From the NCBI GenBank assembly GCA_902574335.1, contig CACGNO010000001.1, positions 48,009-112,008 on the forward strand: DNA of 64,000 bases, written 5' to 3'. The stretch is from an uncultured Bacteroidota bacterium (GTDB lineage: Bacteria; Bacteroidota; Bacteroidia; Flavobacteriales; Flavobacteriaceae). The notes under the pieces were generated by a model. It saw nothing but the letters and a program-made list of their open reading frames with translations, was not told the DNA's origin and did no database searches. The position numbers and the translations under genes are program-made. Shown here piece by piece: positions 8,824 through 18,738 of this stretch (positions are counted from its first letter, which is position 1; every line of letters begins with the position of its first letter).

Positions 8824-9825
8824 CTAATTTAGCGTCTCTCTCATAAAGTTGTTGGCAAATTTGAAAGCCTCATTTCGGTAAATTTCATTTCCTCCAAGAT
8901 CTACCCCTCTTTTTACACAAAATAAAAACCCTATTTTTTGCATTATTGGAGATGACATCGGAAGAGATAAGTAATTCATAAGCACATCTCCTTCACTATT
9001 TAGTTTAAAGAGGCAATTTTTAAAACTATAACCATTTTTAATATGAGAAACAGGTTCCTCACTATCAAAAGAATGATGTGAATCAGGGTATATTGTTAAT
9101 CTAACATTATCCTTGCTATTTATTTTTTTAACAAAGTTTTTACATGGTTCAGCCGGTGTCCAATTATCTAATTCCCCAATCAAAATATGAATGGGCTTAT
9201 CTGTAAAATCAATATTTTCTGGATCAAAAAAACAGGGCGGGTATATAGCTAAATGTGATGCAAATTTTAGATTATTGGTTATAGCATTTCTCATCGGATT
9301 CCAACCGGAAAATAAAGCAACTGCACCACCTAGACTCCATCCAGTAATTGAAACCTTATTTATATTAATATTTGGATGTGTTTTTAGTTTATCAAAAGCT
9401 TTGTATGCATCAAGAATCATAGCAGCTGTAGTAATTTCAATTTGGGAACCAACTGTTGATGTTATTTTTCGACTTTTAAAACTATTTAGCTCAAATGTTG
9501 CAAACCCATTTTTTTGGTACATATCTAAATAATCATAATGATGTTTACGCCAACCCAAACTACCTGCAACTGCAATTATAAGTGGATATTTTCTTTCATT
9601 ATTTACAGAATCATAGGGGATTGTTAATTCTCCAAAAACTTCTTGTGAATCAAGTTTATCAAGGTTATTTATAACATCACTCATTGCAAAGGGATTTGCG
9701 CTTTGGAATTTAATCTTAGATTTTATTTGAGATTCTAATGAAAAATGAATAAAAAAAACAATAATTGATAAAAATACATACTGTTTTGACTTGTAATTAA
9801 GGAAATATGGACTATTTAATGTCAT
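8824..9825 (-). CDS. Alpha/beta hydrolase (dienelactone hydrolase-like), secreted
   Basis: N-terminal hydrophobic signal, nucleophile elbow GWSLGG, and downstream D and H (DSHHSFD). Confidence 0.8.
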   Translation of the reverse strand: MTLNSPYFLNYKSKQYVFLSIIVFFIHFSLESQIKSKIKFQSANPFAMSDVINNLDKLDSQEVFGELTIPYDSVNNERKYPLIIAVAGSLGWRKHHYDYLDMYQKNGFATFELNSFKSRKITSTVGSQIEITTAAMILDAYKAFDKLKTHPNININKVSITGWSLGGAVALFSGWNPMRNAITNNLKFASHLAIYPPCFFDPENIDFTDKPIHILIGELDNWTPAEPCKNFVKKINSKDNVRLTIYPDSHHSFDSEEPVSHIKNGYSFKNCLFKLNSEGDVLMNYLSLPMSSPIMQKIGFLFCVKRGVDLGGNEIYRNEAFKFANNFMRETLN

Positions 9826-10169
9826 TTCTTTAATAAATATATATTATTCACATCAAAATCAATCTATTTACATAATAATTATATAATTATTCATTTTATT
9901 GAATCTTTTATTATTAAATCAGCTCAAATATTGATTATTACGGCTAAAAAGTATTAAAAACATACCAAAAAGTATAAAAAAATTTAAATAATGAGTCAAA
10001 TATGGATAATTTTTAATATAAATGAGAGAAATAATCGTTAATAATAATTAAATACTATGTTTTATTATCAAATTATGATTGTTTTATACACTATAGTAAC
10101 ACTTTTGTGTAATTTTTGCTTGTTTTTTGTGTTTTTTTGTCGATTTTTGCTGTATTAATACTAGTAATT

Positions 10170-10649
10170 ATGAATTTTAAGCAAATTCAACAACTTATCA
10201 AGTTTGTTTCCAAAACTGACGTTGCTGAAGTTAATATTGAGAATAATAACTTTAAGATCAATATTAAAGGATCTAAATCTCAATCAAATGAAATAACTCA
10301 ACAAGTTGTTCAACAGCCAATACAACATCCACCTCAACCGCCTGTTGTTCAATCACATCCTGTTGAACCACCTAAATCAGATGCTCAACAAGATTCTTCT
10401 CCCTCTGATAATTATATAACTGTTAAATCTCCTATTATAGGTACTTTTTATCGTAAACCATCACCTGATAAAGATGTTTTTGTTAACGTTGGTGATACTA
10501 TTAAAGAAGGTGACACATTATGTGTTATTGAAGCTATGAAATTATTTAATGAAATTGAGTCCGACTTCTCGGGAAAAATTGTAAAAATATTAGTAGAAGA
10601 TGCCTCACCTGTTGAATTTGATCAACCATTGTTCTTAATTGAACCTTAA
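10170..10649 (+). CDS. accB: Acetyl-CoA carboxylase biotin carboxyl carrier protein
   Basis: Biotinyl-lysine motif [13 protein letters not shown] and a Pro/Gln-rich linker. ATG at 10170 ([12 protein letters not shown]) is preferred over the TTG-extended track start at 10116. Confidence 0.9.
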   Translation: MNFKQIQQLIKFVSKTDVAEVNIENNNFKINIKGSKSQSNEITQQVVQQPIQHPPQPPVVQSHPVEPPKSDAQQDSSPSDNYITVKSPIIGTFYRKPSPDKDVFVNVGDTIKEGDTLCVIEAMKLFNEIESDFSGKIVKILVEDASPVEFDQPLFLIEP

Positions 10650-10658
10650 TAATGTTTT

Positions 10659-11993
10659 ATGTTTAAGAAAATTCTGGTAGCGAATCGTGGTGAAATTGCT
10701 CTACGAGTGATTAGAACTTGTAAGGAAATGGGTATTAAAACAGTAGCTGTTTATTCAAAAGCTGATGAGGAAAGTTTACATGTTAGATTTGCTGATGAGG
10801 CAGTTTGCATTGGACCAGCACCTAGCTCAGAATCCTATCTAAAAATCCCCAATATCATAGCAGCGGCAGAAATAACAAATGCAGATGCAATTCATCCTGG
10901 ATATGGTTTCCTATCCGAAAATGCTAAGTTTTCAAAGATATGTGGAGAACATAAAATAAAATTTGTTGGCCCATCACCAGAAATGATTGAAAAAATGGGA
11001 GATAAGGCTACCGCTGTTTCAACAATGAATCTGGCAAAAGTTCCTACTATACCAGGTTCTGGAGGTGCAGTTGAAAATGAAGACGAAGCATTAAAAATCG
11101 CATCTAAAATTGGTTATCCAGTTATGGTAAAAGCTTCTGCTGGTGGGGGTGGAAAAGGAATGAGAGCCGTATGGAACAAGGCTGATTTTAAAAAAAGTTG
11201 GTCTAGTGCGAAGCAAGAGGCTTCAGCAGCATTTGGTAATGATGATATGTACATAGAAAAATTGATTCAGGAACCAAGACATATAGAAATTCAAATAATT
11301 GCAGATCAGTTTGGTAATGTTAGCCACCTTTCGGAAAGGGATTGTTCAATTCAGCGCCGTCATCAGAAACTTACAGAAGAGACTCCTTCCCCCTTTATGA
11401 CTTCAAAACTAAGAGATAGAATGGGTAAAGCAGCAGTTAAAGCTGCTAAATTTATTAATTACGAAGGTGTAGGCACGGTTGAGTTTTTAGTAGATAAGGA
11501 TCGAAATTTTTATTTTATGGAAATGAATACTAGAATTCAAGTTGAGCATCCAATTACTGAGCAAGTAATTGATTATGATTTGATCAAAGAACAAATTAAA
11601 GTAGCTGCGGGCGTCAAGGTTTCAGGTAATCATTACTATCCAAAACTTCATTCTATAGAATGTAGAATTAATGCAGAAGATCCTGAAAATGATTTTAGGC
11701 CATCTCCTGGAAAAATTACTAATTTACATTTGCCAGGTGGACATGGAGTAAGAGTTGATACTCACGTGTATAGTGGTTATACAATTTCTCCAAATTATGA
11801 TTCCATGATTGCTAAAATTATAACTACGGATCAAAAAAGAGAAGAGGCAATAAATAAAATGAGAAGAGCACTTGATGAATTTGTTATTGAAGGAATCAAA
11901 ACAACTATTCCATTTCATCGAAAACTTATGGACAATGATGATTATATAAACGGAATCTATACAACAAAATTTATGGAGGATTTTGAAGATTAA
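10659..11993 (+). CDS. accC: Acetyl-CoA carboxylase biotin carboxylase subunit
   Basis: 444 aa. N-terminus [20 protein letters not shown]-grasp segments and [12 protein letters not shown]. Confidence 0.95.
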   Translation: MFKKILVANRGEIALRVIRTCKEMGIKTVAVYSKADEESLHVRFADEAVCIGPAPSSESYLKIPNIIAAAEITNADAIHPGYGFLSENAKFSKICGEHKIKFVGPSPEMIEKMGDKATAVSTMNLAKVPTIPGSGGAVENEDEALKIASKIGYPVMVKASAGGGGKGMRAVWNKADFKKSWSSAKQEASAAFGNDDMYIEKLIQEPRHIEIQIIADQFGNVSHLSERDCSIQRRHQKLTEETPSPFMTSKLRDRMGKAAVKAAKFINYEGVGTVEFLVDKDRNFYFMEMNTRIQVEHPITEQVIDYDLIKEQIKVAAGVKVSGNHYYPKLHSIECRINAEDPENDFRPSPGKITNLHLPGGHGVRVDTHVYSGYTISPNYDSMIAKIITTDQKREEAINKMRRALDEFVIEGIKTTIPFHRKLMDNDDYINGIYTTKFMEDFED

Positions 11994-12979
11994 TTTATGA
12001 ATCCTTTAGATATAATTGTTTCTAAAATTTGAATCGCGTTAGTAGCCGCACCTTTTCTTAAATTATCACTTACAACCCATAAGTTTAAACTATTTTCACA
12101 AGAAAAATCTTCTCGAATTCGTCCAACGAACACTTCATCTTTTCCTCTTGCATTTATAGGCATAGGGTACTTAAAATTTTCCGGATCATCTTCTAATACA
12201 ATCCCTTTAGATTGAGCTAAAAGTTCTTTAACCTCAATTAAATCAAAACTTTTCTCTAGTGTTAAATTTATAGATTCACTATGTCCACCCATTACTGGCA
12301 CTCTTACTGCAGTTGCTGTAACACTAATATTTGGATCTAATATCTTATGAGTTTCATTAATTAACTTCATTTCTTCTTTAGTATAGCCATTATCTTCAAA
12401 ATCATCGCAATGTGGAATGGCATTTTGATGAATTTGATATTTGTAAGCCATTTCACCATCAATGTTATTGTACTCATTATTAAGCTGATTTAATGCTATC
12501 CTGCCTGTACCAGTGATCGATTGATATGTGGATATTATAACACGAGTAATTCCATACTTTTTATGTATTGGAGCAATAGCAACTAACATTTGAATTGTTG
12601 AGCAGTTAGGATTAGCTATAATCTTATCATTATGGGTTAACTCATCACCATTTATTTCAGGGACAATCAATTTTTTTGTTGTATCCATCCTCCATGCAGA
12701 AGAATTATCAATAACCGTTACACCTTTTTTTGAAAAAACGGGAGCCCAATTTAAAGAAACTTCTTTACCAGCTGAAAAAATTGCTACATCTAATTCCTTT
12801 TCAAATGCATCTTCAATACTAATTAATTGGTAACTTTTTTCTTGAAAATTTAGAGATTTTCCGATGGATTTTTTTGAGGATACTAAAGTTAGGCTAGTAA
12901 ATTGAATTTTTCTTTGATCAAGAACTTTTAACATTTCTTCACCAACAAGTCCAGTCGCACCAATTATTGCTAAATTCAT
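11990..12979 (-). CDS. asd: Aspartate-semialdehyde dehydrogenase
   Basis: Rossmann N-terminus [13 protein letters not shown] and active-site NPNCSTIQ. M16 at 12979 is preferred over the track start at 13024. Confidence 0.9.
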   Translation of the reverse strand: MNLAIIGATGLVGEEMLKVLDQRKIQFTSLTLVSSKKSIGKSLNFQEKSYQLISIEDAFEKELDVAIFSAGKEVSLNWAPVFSKKGVTVIDNSSAWRMDTTKKLIVPEINGDELTHNDKIIANPNCSTIQMLVAIAPIHKKYGITRVIISTYQSITGTGRIALNQLNNEYNNIDGEMAYKYQIHQNAIPHCDDFEDNGYTKEEMKLINETHKILDPNISVTATAVRVPVMGGHSESINLTLEKSFDLIEVKELLAQSKGIVLEDDPENFKYPMPINARGKDEVFVGRIREDFSCENSLNLWVVSDNLRKGAATNAIQILETIISKGFIN

Positions 12980-13038
12980 TTTATAAGTATTGCACAAATT
13001 TAAATAAATATGAATCCTAGACAATTAAAATTTAAATA

Positions 13039-13458
13039 TTACCTAGTACTGATAAGAATAACTCCATTTATTGCCTCATTTCCATAACGAGTTACTGCAT
13101 GAGGTCCTTTTATAACTTTAATAGATTTAATTAATGATGTATTTATATCACTAGCGTTCATTTTGACTCCATCTACTATATACAGAACATTTATTTCTCC
13201 CCTAATTCTTATTTCGGTTGAATCAAACATTGATGATGAAGTGTCATTAATTTGTAAACCTGGGACCTTACCACTTAGTAGCCTGTTAAAATCACTTTCA
13301 TTATTAGGATTTACTTTTTTGCCTTTTATTGTATGAGTTGCAAATCCCCCAGATTTTTTATCACGATCCACATCAGACTCGAGTAAATTTTTACTAGGAC
13401 CACAACCATAAAAAATATTTAAAGCAAGCACAATTAAAAAAATAAATAGCCTAGTCAT
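13039..13458 (-). CDS. Small lipoprotein consisting essentially of a TonB-dependent-receptor plug-like segment
   Basis: Lipobox (NIFYGC). The stretch LSGKVPGLQI..IRIRGE..YIVDGV..I.SIKVIKGPHAVTRYGNEAINGVILISTR resembles the N-terminal plug of TBDRs, but no barrel follows. Confidence 0.65.
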   Translation of the reverse strand: MTRLFIFLIVLALNIFYGCGPSKNLLESDVDRDKKSGGFATHTIKGKKVNPNNESDFNRLLSGKVPGLQINDTSSSMFDSTEIRIRGEINVLYIVDGVKMNASDINTSLIKSIKVIKGPHAVTRYGNEAINGVILISTR

Positions 13459-13469
13459 AGTTTATAATA

Positions 13470-14627
13470 TCAATTTTGAATAATAATTCTTTTCATTCTT
13501 GACGATAATGCGGTTAAAATCTCATATGAGATTGTGCCTGAGATATTTCCAATCTCTTCTGCGGTTTGATTTTTTTCATCAATAATTGACACCATATCAC
13601 CTTCCTTACATTTTATATTTGTTATATCAACCATAAGCATATCCATACAAATGTTTCCAACTGTTTTAGCAATTTGATTATTAATCTTAAAACCAATTTT
13701 ACCATTTCCTAATGTTCTACTGATCCCATCAGCATGACCTATTGGTATGATACCAATTTTATAATCTTTTTCCGCTATAAAACCCCGGTTGTAACCAACA
13801 GACTCATTTTTTTGAACATTATGTATTTGTGAAATAACAGAATTTAGAGTCAATACGGGTTTTAATTTCTTATTGTAATCATCATCATTCCCATATCCAT
13901 ATAAACCAATACCTGTGCGTACCATATCATATTGATAATCATGATAGTTCAAAACTCCAGATGTATTTAAAAGATGTTTATTAAAAACTTTATTGAACTT
14001 ATTGTTCATCTTTTTTGAAATTGTATCAAATAATTTAATTTGACCCATTGTAAAAGCCTTTTCCTTTATATCATCAGAAGCACCTAAGTGTGAAAATAAA
14101 TATTTTATATTATTACCACTTCCTAAAATATTATTCAACAAATCAACATCATCAATTTTAAACCCCAATCTATTTAGGCCTGTATTGAACTTTAAATGGA
14201 ATGGATGTTTTTTTGATTTTGATAAAAACCTTTCAAGAATTCTAAATGAATAAATATTAGGCTCTAAATTATATTCTAATATTTCATCAAAATCATTGAT
14301 CTGGGGGTGAAGAATTAGTATTGGTAATTTTATTCCAGACGACCTTAACTTAACACCCTCATTTGTATAAGCTACTGCGAGATAGTCAACATTATTCTTT
14401 TCTAAAAATTTTCCAATAATTAATGGATCAGAACCATAGGCAAAGGCCTTAACAACACACATGATTTTTGTGCTTGGCTCTAGATTTTCTTTTAAGTAAT
14501 TTAAATTGCTCTTTAAATTATTTAGGTTGATTGCTACGTGTGTACCTTGATAGCTCAATAAATTATGATTTTTTAGATTTAGAGATGAAAGCTTTTCTTG
14601 AAAGAGGCTGATACTCTTTTTTTTCAC
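13470..14627 (-). CDS. alr: Alanine racemase
   Basis: PLP-lysine motif MCVVKAFAYGSD and the right length and architecture. The ATG start overlaps tdk by 65 nt. An in-frame TTG at 14556-14558 would remove the overlap. Confidence 0.85.
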   Translation of the reverse strand: MKKKSISLFQEKLSSLNLKNHNLLSYQGTHVAINLNNLKSNLNYLKENLEPSTKIMCVVKAFAYGSDPLIIGKFLEKNNVDYLAVAYTNEGVKLRSSGIKLPILILHPQINDFDEILEYNLEPNIYSFRILERFLSKSKKHPFHLKFNTGLNRLGFKIDDVDLLNNILGSGNNIKYLFSHLGASDDIKEKAFTMGQIKLFDTISKKMNNKFNKVFNKHLLNTSGVLNYHDYQYDMVRTGIGLYGYGNDDDYNKKLKPVLTLNSVISQIHNVQKNESVGYNRGFIAEKDYKIGIIPIGHADGISRTLGNGKIGFKINNQIAKTVGNICMDMLMVDITNIKCKEGDMVSIIDEKNQTAEEIGNISGTISYEILTALSSRMKRIIIQN

Positions 14628-15099
14628 CTATCATTACAGTTTCATCATTATCAACTTTTCTAAAACTGTACAAAGCAGGTTCACCTGTCTCAACACATTT
14701 AGCATGTACTTTTGTAACATCCTCTGCTATTGCCATCAAAAATGGCATAGGTCCAAATGGTTTACCAGAAAAGTCCATATCTAGACCTGCAATAATAACT
14801 CTCACTCCGTTGTTAGCAAGCGAATTAGATACCGATACTATATCATTTGAAAAAAATTGTGCTTCATCTATTCCAATTACATCGAACTTATCTTTATAAT
14901 TTAAAATTTCATTAATATTATCAATAGTGGTGGCATCAATTTCAATTTTGCTATGAGATTTAATTTTATCTTTTTCATTTCTAGTATCAATGTCCGGTTT
15001 AAAAACCTTATATGACTTGTTCGATTTTTTTATTCTATTAATCAATTCTTCAGTTTTACCTGAAAACATAGAACCACATATTACTTCAATTCTTCCCAA
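14563..15099 (-). CDS. tdk: Thymidine kinase (TK1-like)
   Basis: P-loop GSMFSGKTEEL, followed by IGIDEAQFF. Confidence 0.9.
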   Translation of the reverse strand: MGRIEVICGSMFSGKTEELINRIKKSNKSYKVFKPDIDTRNEKDKIKSHSKIEIDATTIDNINEILNYKDKFDVIGIDEAQFFSNDIVSVSNSLANNGVRVIIAGLDMDFSGKPFGPMPFLMAIAEDVTKVHAKCVETGEPALYSFRKVDNDETVMIGEKKEYQPLSRKAFISKSKKS

Positions 15100-15148
15100 T
15101 ACTCTTTTTTCTTAGATAAGTTACTATTTTAGACAAATATAAATTTAA

Positions 15149-15820
15149 ATGTCAAAACTTATTTTAATACCAACCCCAATCGGGAACCTTGGAGACATAA
15201 CTCAAAGAGCAGTTGAATGTATAATGACTGTGGACATACTTTTGTGTGAGGATACAAGAAGGAGTTTAAAATTATTAAATCATTTAAAAATTAAAAAAAC
15301 TCTAAAATCCTATCATAAGTTTAATGAACATTCAACTGTTGAAAAAGTAATTAATGAGATTGAATCAGGTTTAGTGGTTGGTTTAATTTCAGATGCAGGA
15401 ACACCGAGTATCTCCGATCCTGGATATTTAATTGTTAAAATGTGTATTGATAATAATCTCGAAGTTGAATGTTTGCCCGGCCCAACAGCACTTATACCTG
15501 CGTTAGCAGTAAGTGGTTTACCCTCTGAAAGATTTGTTTTTGAAGGATTTCTCCCTGTTAAAAAGGGTAGAAAAACAAGGTTAGAGGAGTTATCAAATGA
15601 AAAAAGAACTATGATCTTTTATGAATCCCCATATAAATTATATAAAACCTTACAAGACTTTTCTAATTCCTTTGGACTAGATCGTGAAATTTCTATTTCT
15701 AAGGAGTTAACTAAAATTTTCGAATCAACAACAAGAGGAAGAATTAAGGACTTGTTGCCAGAATATGAAAATAAAAAATTGAAAGGAGAATTTGTGATAG
15801 TTGTAAAAGGTCTCAAATAA
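15149..15820 (+). CDS. rsmI: 16S rRNA (cytidine1402-2'-O)-methyltransferase
   Basis: Tetrapyrrole-methylase fold motifs LILIPTPIGNLGDIT and SDAGTPSISDPG. Confidence 0.9.
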   Translation: MSKLILIPTPIGNLGDITQRAVECIMTVDILLCEDTRRSLKLLNHLKIKKTLKSYHKFNEHSTVEKVINEIESGLVVGLISDAGTPSISDPGYLIVKMCIDNNLEVECLPGPTALIPALAVSGLPSERFVFEGFLPVKKGRKTRLEELSNEKRTMIFYESPYKLYKTLQDFSNSFGLDREISISKELTKIFESTTRGRIKDLLPEYENKKLKGEFVIVVKGLK

Positions 15821-15848
15821 AAAAACCCTTCAAAAAGAAGGGTTTTTT
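15821..15848. terminator. Bidirectional rho-independent terminator between convergent rsmI and the TBDR gene
   Basis: Perfect stem CCCTTC (15826-15831) / GAAGGG (15837-15842) with a 5-nt loop, flanked by an A5 run on the left and a T6 run on the right. Confidence 0.7.
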
Positions 15849-15868
15849 ATTTAAATGGAATTTATAAT

Positions 15869-18619
15869 TTAAAATCTGTAAGTAAGACCTAAGTTATATG
15901 TTCTTCCCCAACCTGGAAAAACCTTAGCATTTAAAGGAATTCCTTTATATGTTGGTGTTGTAGGAGTAGCTATTACGTTATTCCTTGACATATAATAGTA
16001 TTCTTCATCAAAAATATTATTGACATTAAGCCTTAAATAAACATCTTTTCCACCAATTGAAAGTGTGTAAGAAGAACCAAAATCAAACAGTTCGTATGCA
16101 GGAAGCTGCATAGTTGTATCCTCAGGATCCTGGAAATCTTCAGTATTAACTGTTCCAAATATATCATCTGCGTGGAACAAGCTTAAGTTAAACTTGAACT
16201 TATCAGATGGATTAACTGTAAGATTTAACCTTGCTGTTTTATGAGCTGTTGTACCCACTTTTTCTCCATCTAGATAAAGAGTTGCAGAACCAATAGATTG
16301 TCCACTATTGTTTGTAACATTAGGATCCGTAACATCGCTACCATATTCATAATTACCTAAAGTTACCATACCTTCTAAGTTTACTAAAGGACTAATTCTC
16401 CATAAACCATCAAACTCAATACCTTGGTGCACTTGTTCAACTCCAGTATAGTTTGCAATACCACTTACACCATTAATTCTTACACCATCAGAAAGGAATC
16501 TGTCTTTCCAAGATGTTCTATAAATATTAAGGTTCATAGTAAGGTTACTTGATCTAAATCCGTAACCAGCTTCAATACCTAAAACCTTTTCATTATTAAG
16601 ATCTGAATCAGCCGTAACATAGTTATCATAATCTTGGAAAACAGCATCAAAGTTTGGAGCTTTAGAATAATACCCTGCATTTACATAAACATTGTTCTTA
16701 GCATCTATGTTATAGTTAGCACCAGCTTTTATGGTTCCACCTAAAATATTCTTTTTCTCACTTTTAAACATAGGATCATTTGGAGCATATCTGAAGTGAT
16801 CGACTCTTTGGAATCCTTGATTTGCTACAGAGGCCTGTACAAATACAGAGTATGTATCTGTAACATACTCAGCTTGTCCAAATAGACCTTGCCATGAAAC
16901 CAATCCATCATTGTAATAATCAATTTTTTGATCATCATCAGTACTTTTGAATACATTCCATAAAGCACCCCAGTCAGTATGAGGCACTTCTTGAGATATT
17001 ACCGCTCCGTTAGAAACTCTATCATACTTATCAAAGTCTCTATATCCATCAGCACCTAACAAATTATCTACTCTTCTGTAGTGAATTCCTTTATAGTATC
17101 TTAAATCAGCCCCAATTTGATAAGCAAAATTTTCATTTGATTGTCTTTTTAAATTAATAAGACCACCAACCCAGTTATGAGAATTTATAGAAGCTCTTCT
17201 AATAATACCATTTCTTTTGACTCCATTAACTCTCTCATCCTGATCGTTAACGATATATAAACCAGTTGCAGCATCTAAAACATTAGAATATGTTCTACCA
17301 TTGTAGAAGGTAGTAGCCTGACCACTGTTAGAAGAGTAAATTTTATCAAAATCAACTTGTCCAGTTTGAGGATTTCTCAGTGCATATCTTCCATTATAGT
17401 TTAGATCACCACTGAAATATTGATATCCATATAATCTTCCAATATCACCAGTTCCTCCACCTCTACCATAAGATGCATATAATGTAGTTGAAAGTGTTGT
17501 TTTATCATTAGGAGTATATTCCCAGTTTACAGATGCAACTGGTTTATGATAGAAGTTATTTCTCATATTAAAACTTTCACCATCCAATGTTCCATGATTA
17601 TAATTATACTTTATACCATAGTCTTTAAACTGCTGTAAAAGTCCTTGGTTGTAGAAACTTCTATACCTGTGGCCATGAATTTGAGGAGCACCAGTTACAA
17701 TGAATTGAACGTTGCTCTTTCCATCATCACTTTCTTTACCATATCCAAAGAAATAAGAGTAAGCTTCGAATTCAGTTCCATTCACATATCCATCTCCAGC
17801 AGTTCTACTGAAAAGTAATGACAATGCACTTCCATTATCCATTTTACCAGTATTATAATTAACTACAGTTTTTAAATAGTTATCATTACCAGTTCTAACA
17901 GATATTTTACCTCCTTCTGAAAGTTCAGTTGATTTAGTAACAATGTTAATTGTACCTCCTACAGATGAAATTGGTAGAGGAGATGATCCTAAACCTCTTT
18001 GTACTTGCATTGCCGAAACAACATCAGTAAGACCAGCCCAGTTACTCCAATACACTCTGCCGTTTTCCATGTCATTTACGGGCATACCATTAATTAAAAC
18101 CGCAATGTTTTCCTGTTGAAAACCTCTAATAGTAATTCTTGAATCACCAAAAGCACCACCACCACCAGTTGCAAATACACCAGGTGTTGAATTAAGTAGT
18201 TCAGGTAGCTCTAGATTACCAATTCTTTCTTCAATTTCAGCTGTTGTAAGTGTAGATACTGCTACTGGTGTCTGTCTATCTTTTGCAAGAAAAACAGATC
18301 CAAATACAGTTACACCAGATAATACATTATCACCTGGTTGTAATTGAATTATTCCAACATTTGCAGATTCACCAACCACAACTTCTTGAGACTCATATCC
18401 AACATAGGATACGACTAAAGTTGCTCCTGAATCTACTGAAATTGAAAATGAACCATTAAAGTCACTTGAAACACCATCTGATGTTCCTTTGACTACAATT
18501 GTAGCACCTGGAAGACCAGTTCCGATTTCAGAATCGATAACAGTTCCAGTTACTGTAGTTTGTGCAAGACCAATCCCACTAATTAGGATGGCTGCAAAAA
18601 ACAAAATAAATTTTTTCAT
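15869..18619 (-). CDS. TonB-dependent outer-membrane receptor with an N-terminal CarboxypepD_reg-like domain
   Basis: 916 aa. Signal peptide, VTGTVIDSE..GATIVVKG domain, plug region (NGMPVND) and a long beta-barrel ending in an aromatic residue (GLTYRF). Confidence 0.9.
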   Translation of the reverse strand: MKKFILFFAAILISGIGLAQTTVTGTVIDSEIGTGLPGATIVVKGTSDGVSSDFNGSFSISVDSGATLVVSYVGYESQEVVVGESANVGIIQLQPGDNVLSGVTVFGSVFLAKDRQTPVAVSTLTTAEIEERIGNLELPELLNSTPGVFATGGGGAFGDSRITIRGFQQENIAVLINGMPVNDMENGRVYWSNWAGLTDVVSAMQVQRGLGSSPLPISSVGGTINIVTKSTELSEGGKISVRTGNDNYLKTVVNYNTGKMDNGSALSLLFSRTAGDGYVNGTEFEAYSYFFGYGKESDDGKSNVQFIVTGAPQIHGHRYRSFYNQGLLQQFKDYGIKYNYNHGTLDGESFNMRNNFYHKPVASVNWEYTPNDKTTLSTTLYASYGRGGGTGDIGRLYGYQYFSGDLNYNGRYALRNPQTGQVDFDKIYSSNSGQATTFYNGRTYSNVLDAATGLYIVNDQDERVNGVKRNGIIRRASINSHNWVGGLINLKRQSNENFAYQIGADLRYYKGIHYRRVDNLLGADGYRDFDKYDRVSNGAVISQEVPHTDWGALWNVFKSTDDDQKIDYYNDGLVSWQGLFGQAEYVTDTYSVFVQASVANQGFQRVDHFRYAPNDPMFKSEKKNILGGTIKAGANYNIDAKNNVYVNAGYYSKAPNFDAVFQDYDNYVTADSDLNNEKVLGIEAGYGFRSSNLTMNLNIYRTSWKDRFLSDGVRINGVSGIANYTGVEQVHQGIEFDGLWRISPLVNLEGMVTLGNYEYGSDVTDPNVTNNSGQSIGSATLYLDGEKVGTTAHKTARLNLTVNPSDKFKFNLSLFHADDIFGTVNTEDFQDPEDTTMQLPAYELFDFGSSYTLSIGGKDVYLRLNVNNIFDEEYYYMSRNNVIATPTTPTYKGIPLNAKVFPGWGRTYNLGLTYRF

Positions 18620-18641
18620 TTTCGAATAGTTTTAGTTGTGG

Positions 18642-18669
18642 CAAATATGAAAATTTTTTTCTCAACAAA
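18642..18669 (-). promoter_or_regulatory. Candidate Bacteroidota-type promoter for the TBDR gene
   Basis: On the minus strand, TTTG (-33-like) is followed 17 nt later by CATATTTG, a 7/8 match to the -7 consensus TAnnTTTG, about 22 nt upstream of the ATG. Motif match only. Confidence 0.3.
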
Positions 18670-18738
18670 TGTTATTAAATAATTAATTTTATGAACAGGA
18701 TTTAACCAAAAAATTAAAAAATTTTTGAAGTATAAAAA

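Noticed and set aside
9826-10100. The long AT-rich gap was considered as a possible ncRNA or riboswitch locus
   Set aside because: I could find no stable stems, no conserved riboswitch cores and no terminator. The sequence is nearly pure A/T, consistent with promoter or spacer DNA. Only the phased T-tracts at its 3' end are reported.
10116-10169. TTG-initiated 18-codon hydrophobic N-terminal extension of accB
   Set aside because: It is produced by translating the phased T-tract array. BCCP proteins start at the MNFKQIQ-type N-terminus, and ATG at 10170 is the natural start.
12980-13024. 15-codon N-terminal extension of asd, and similarly 47266..47322 for batC and 39794..39799 for yicC
   Set aside because: Internal ATGs give the canonical N-termini (the Rossmann GATG start, a signal peptide, and MLHSMTGYG). 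The longer versions add atypical sequence.
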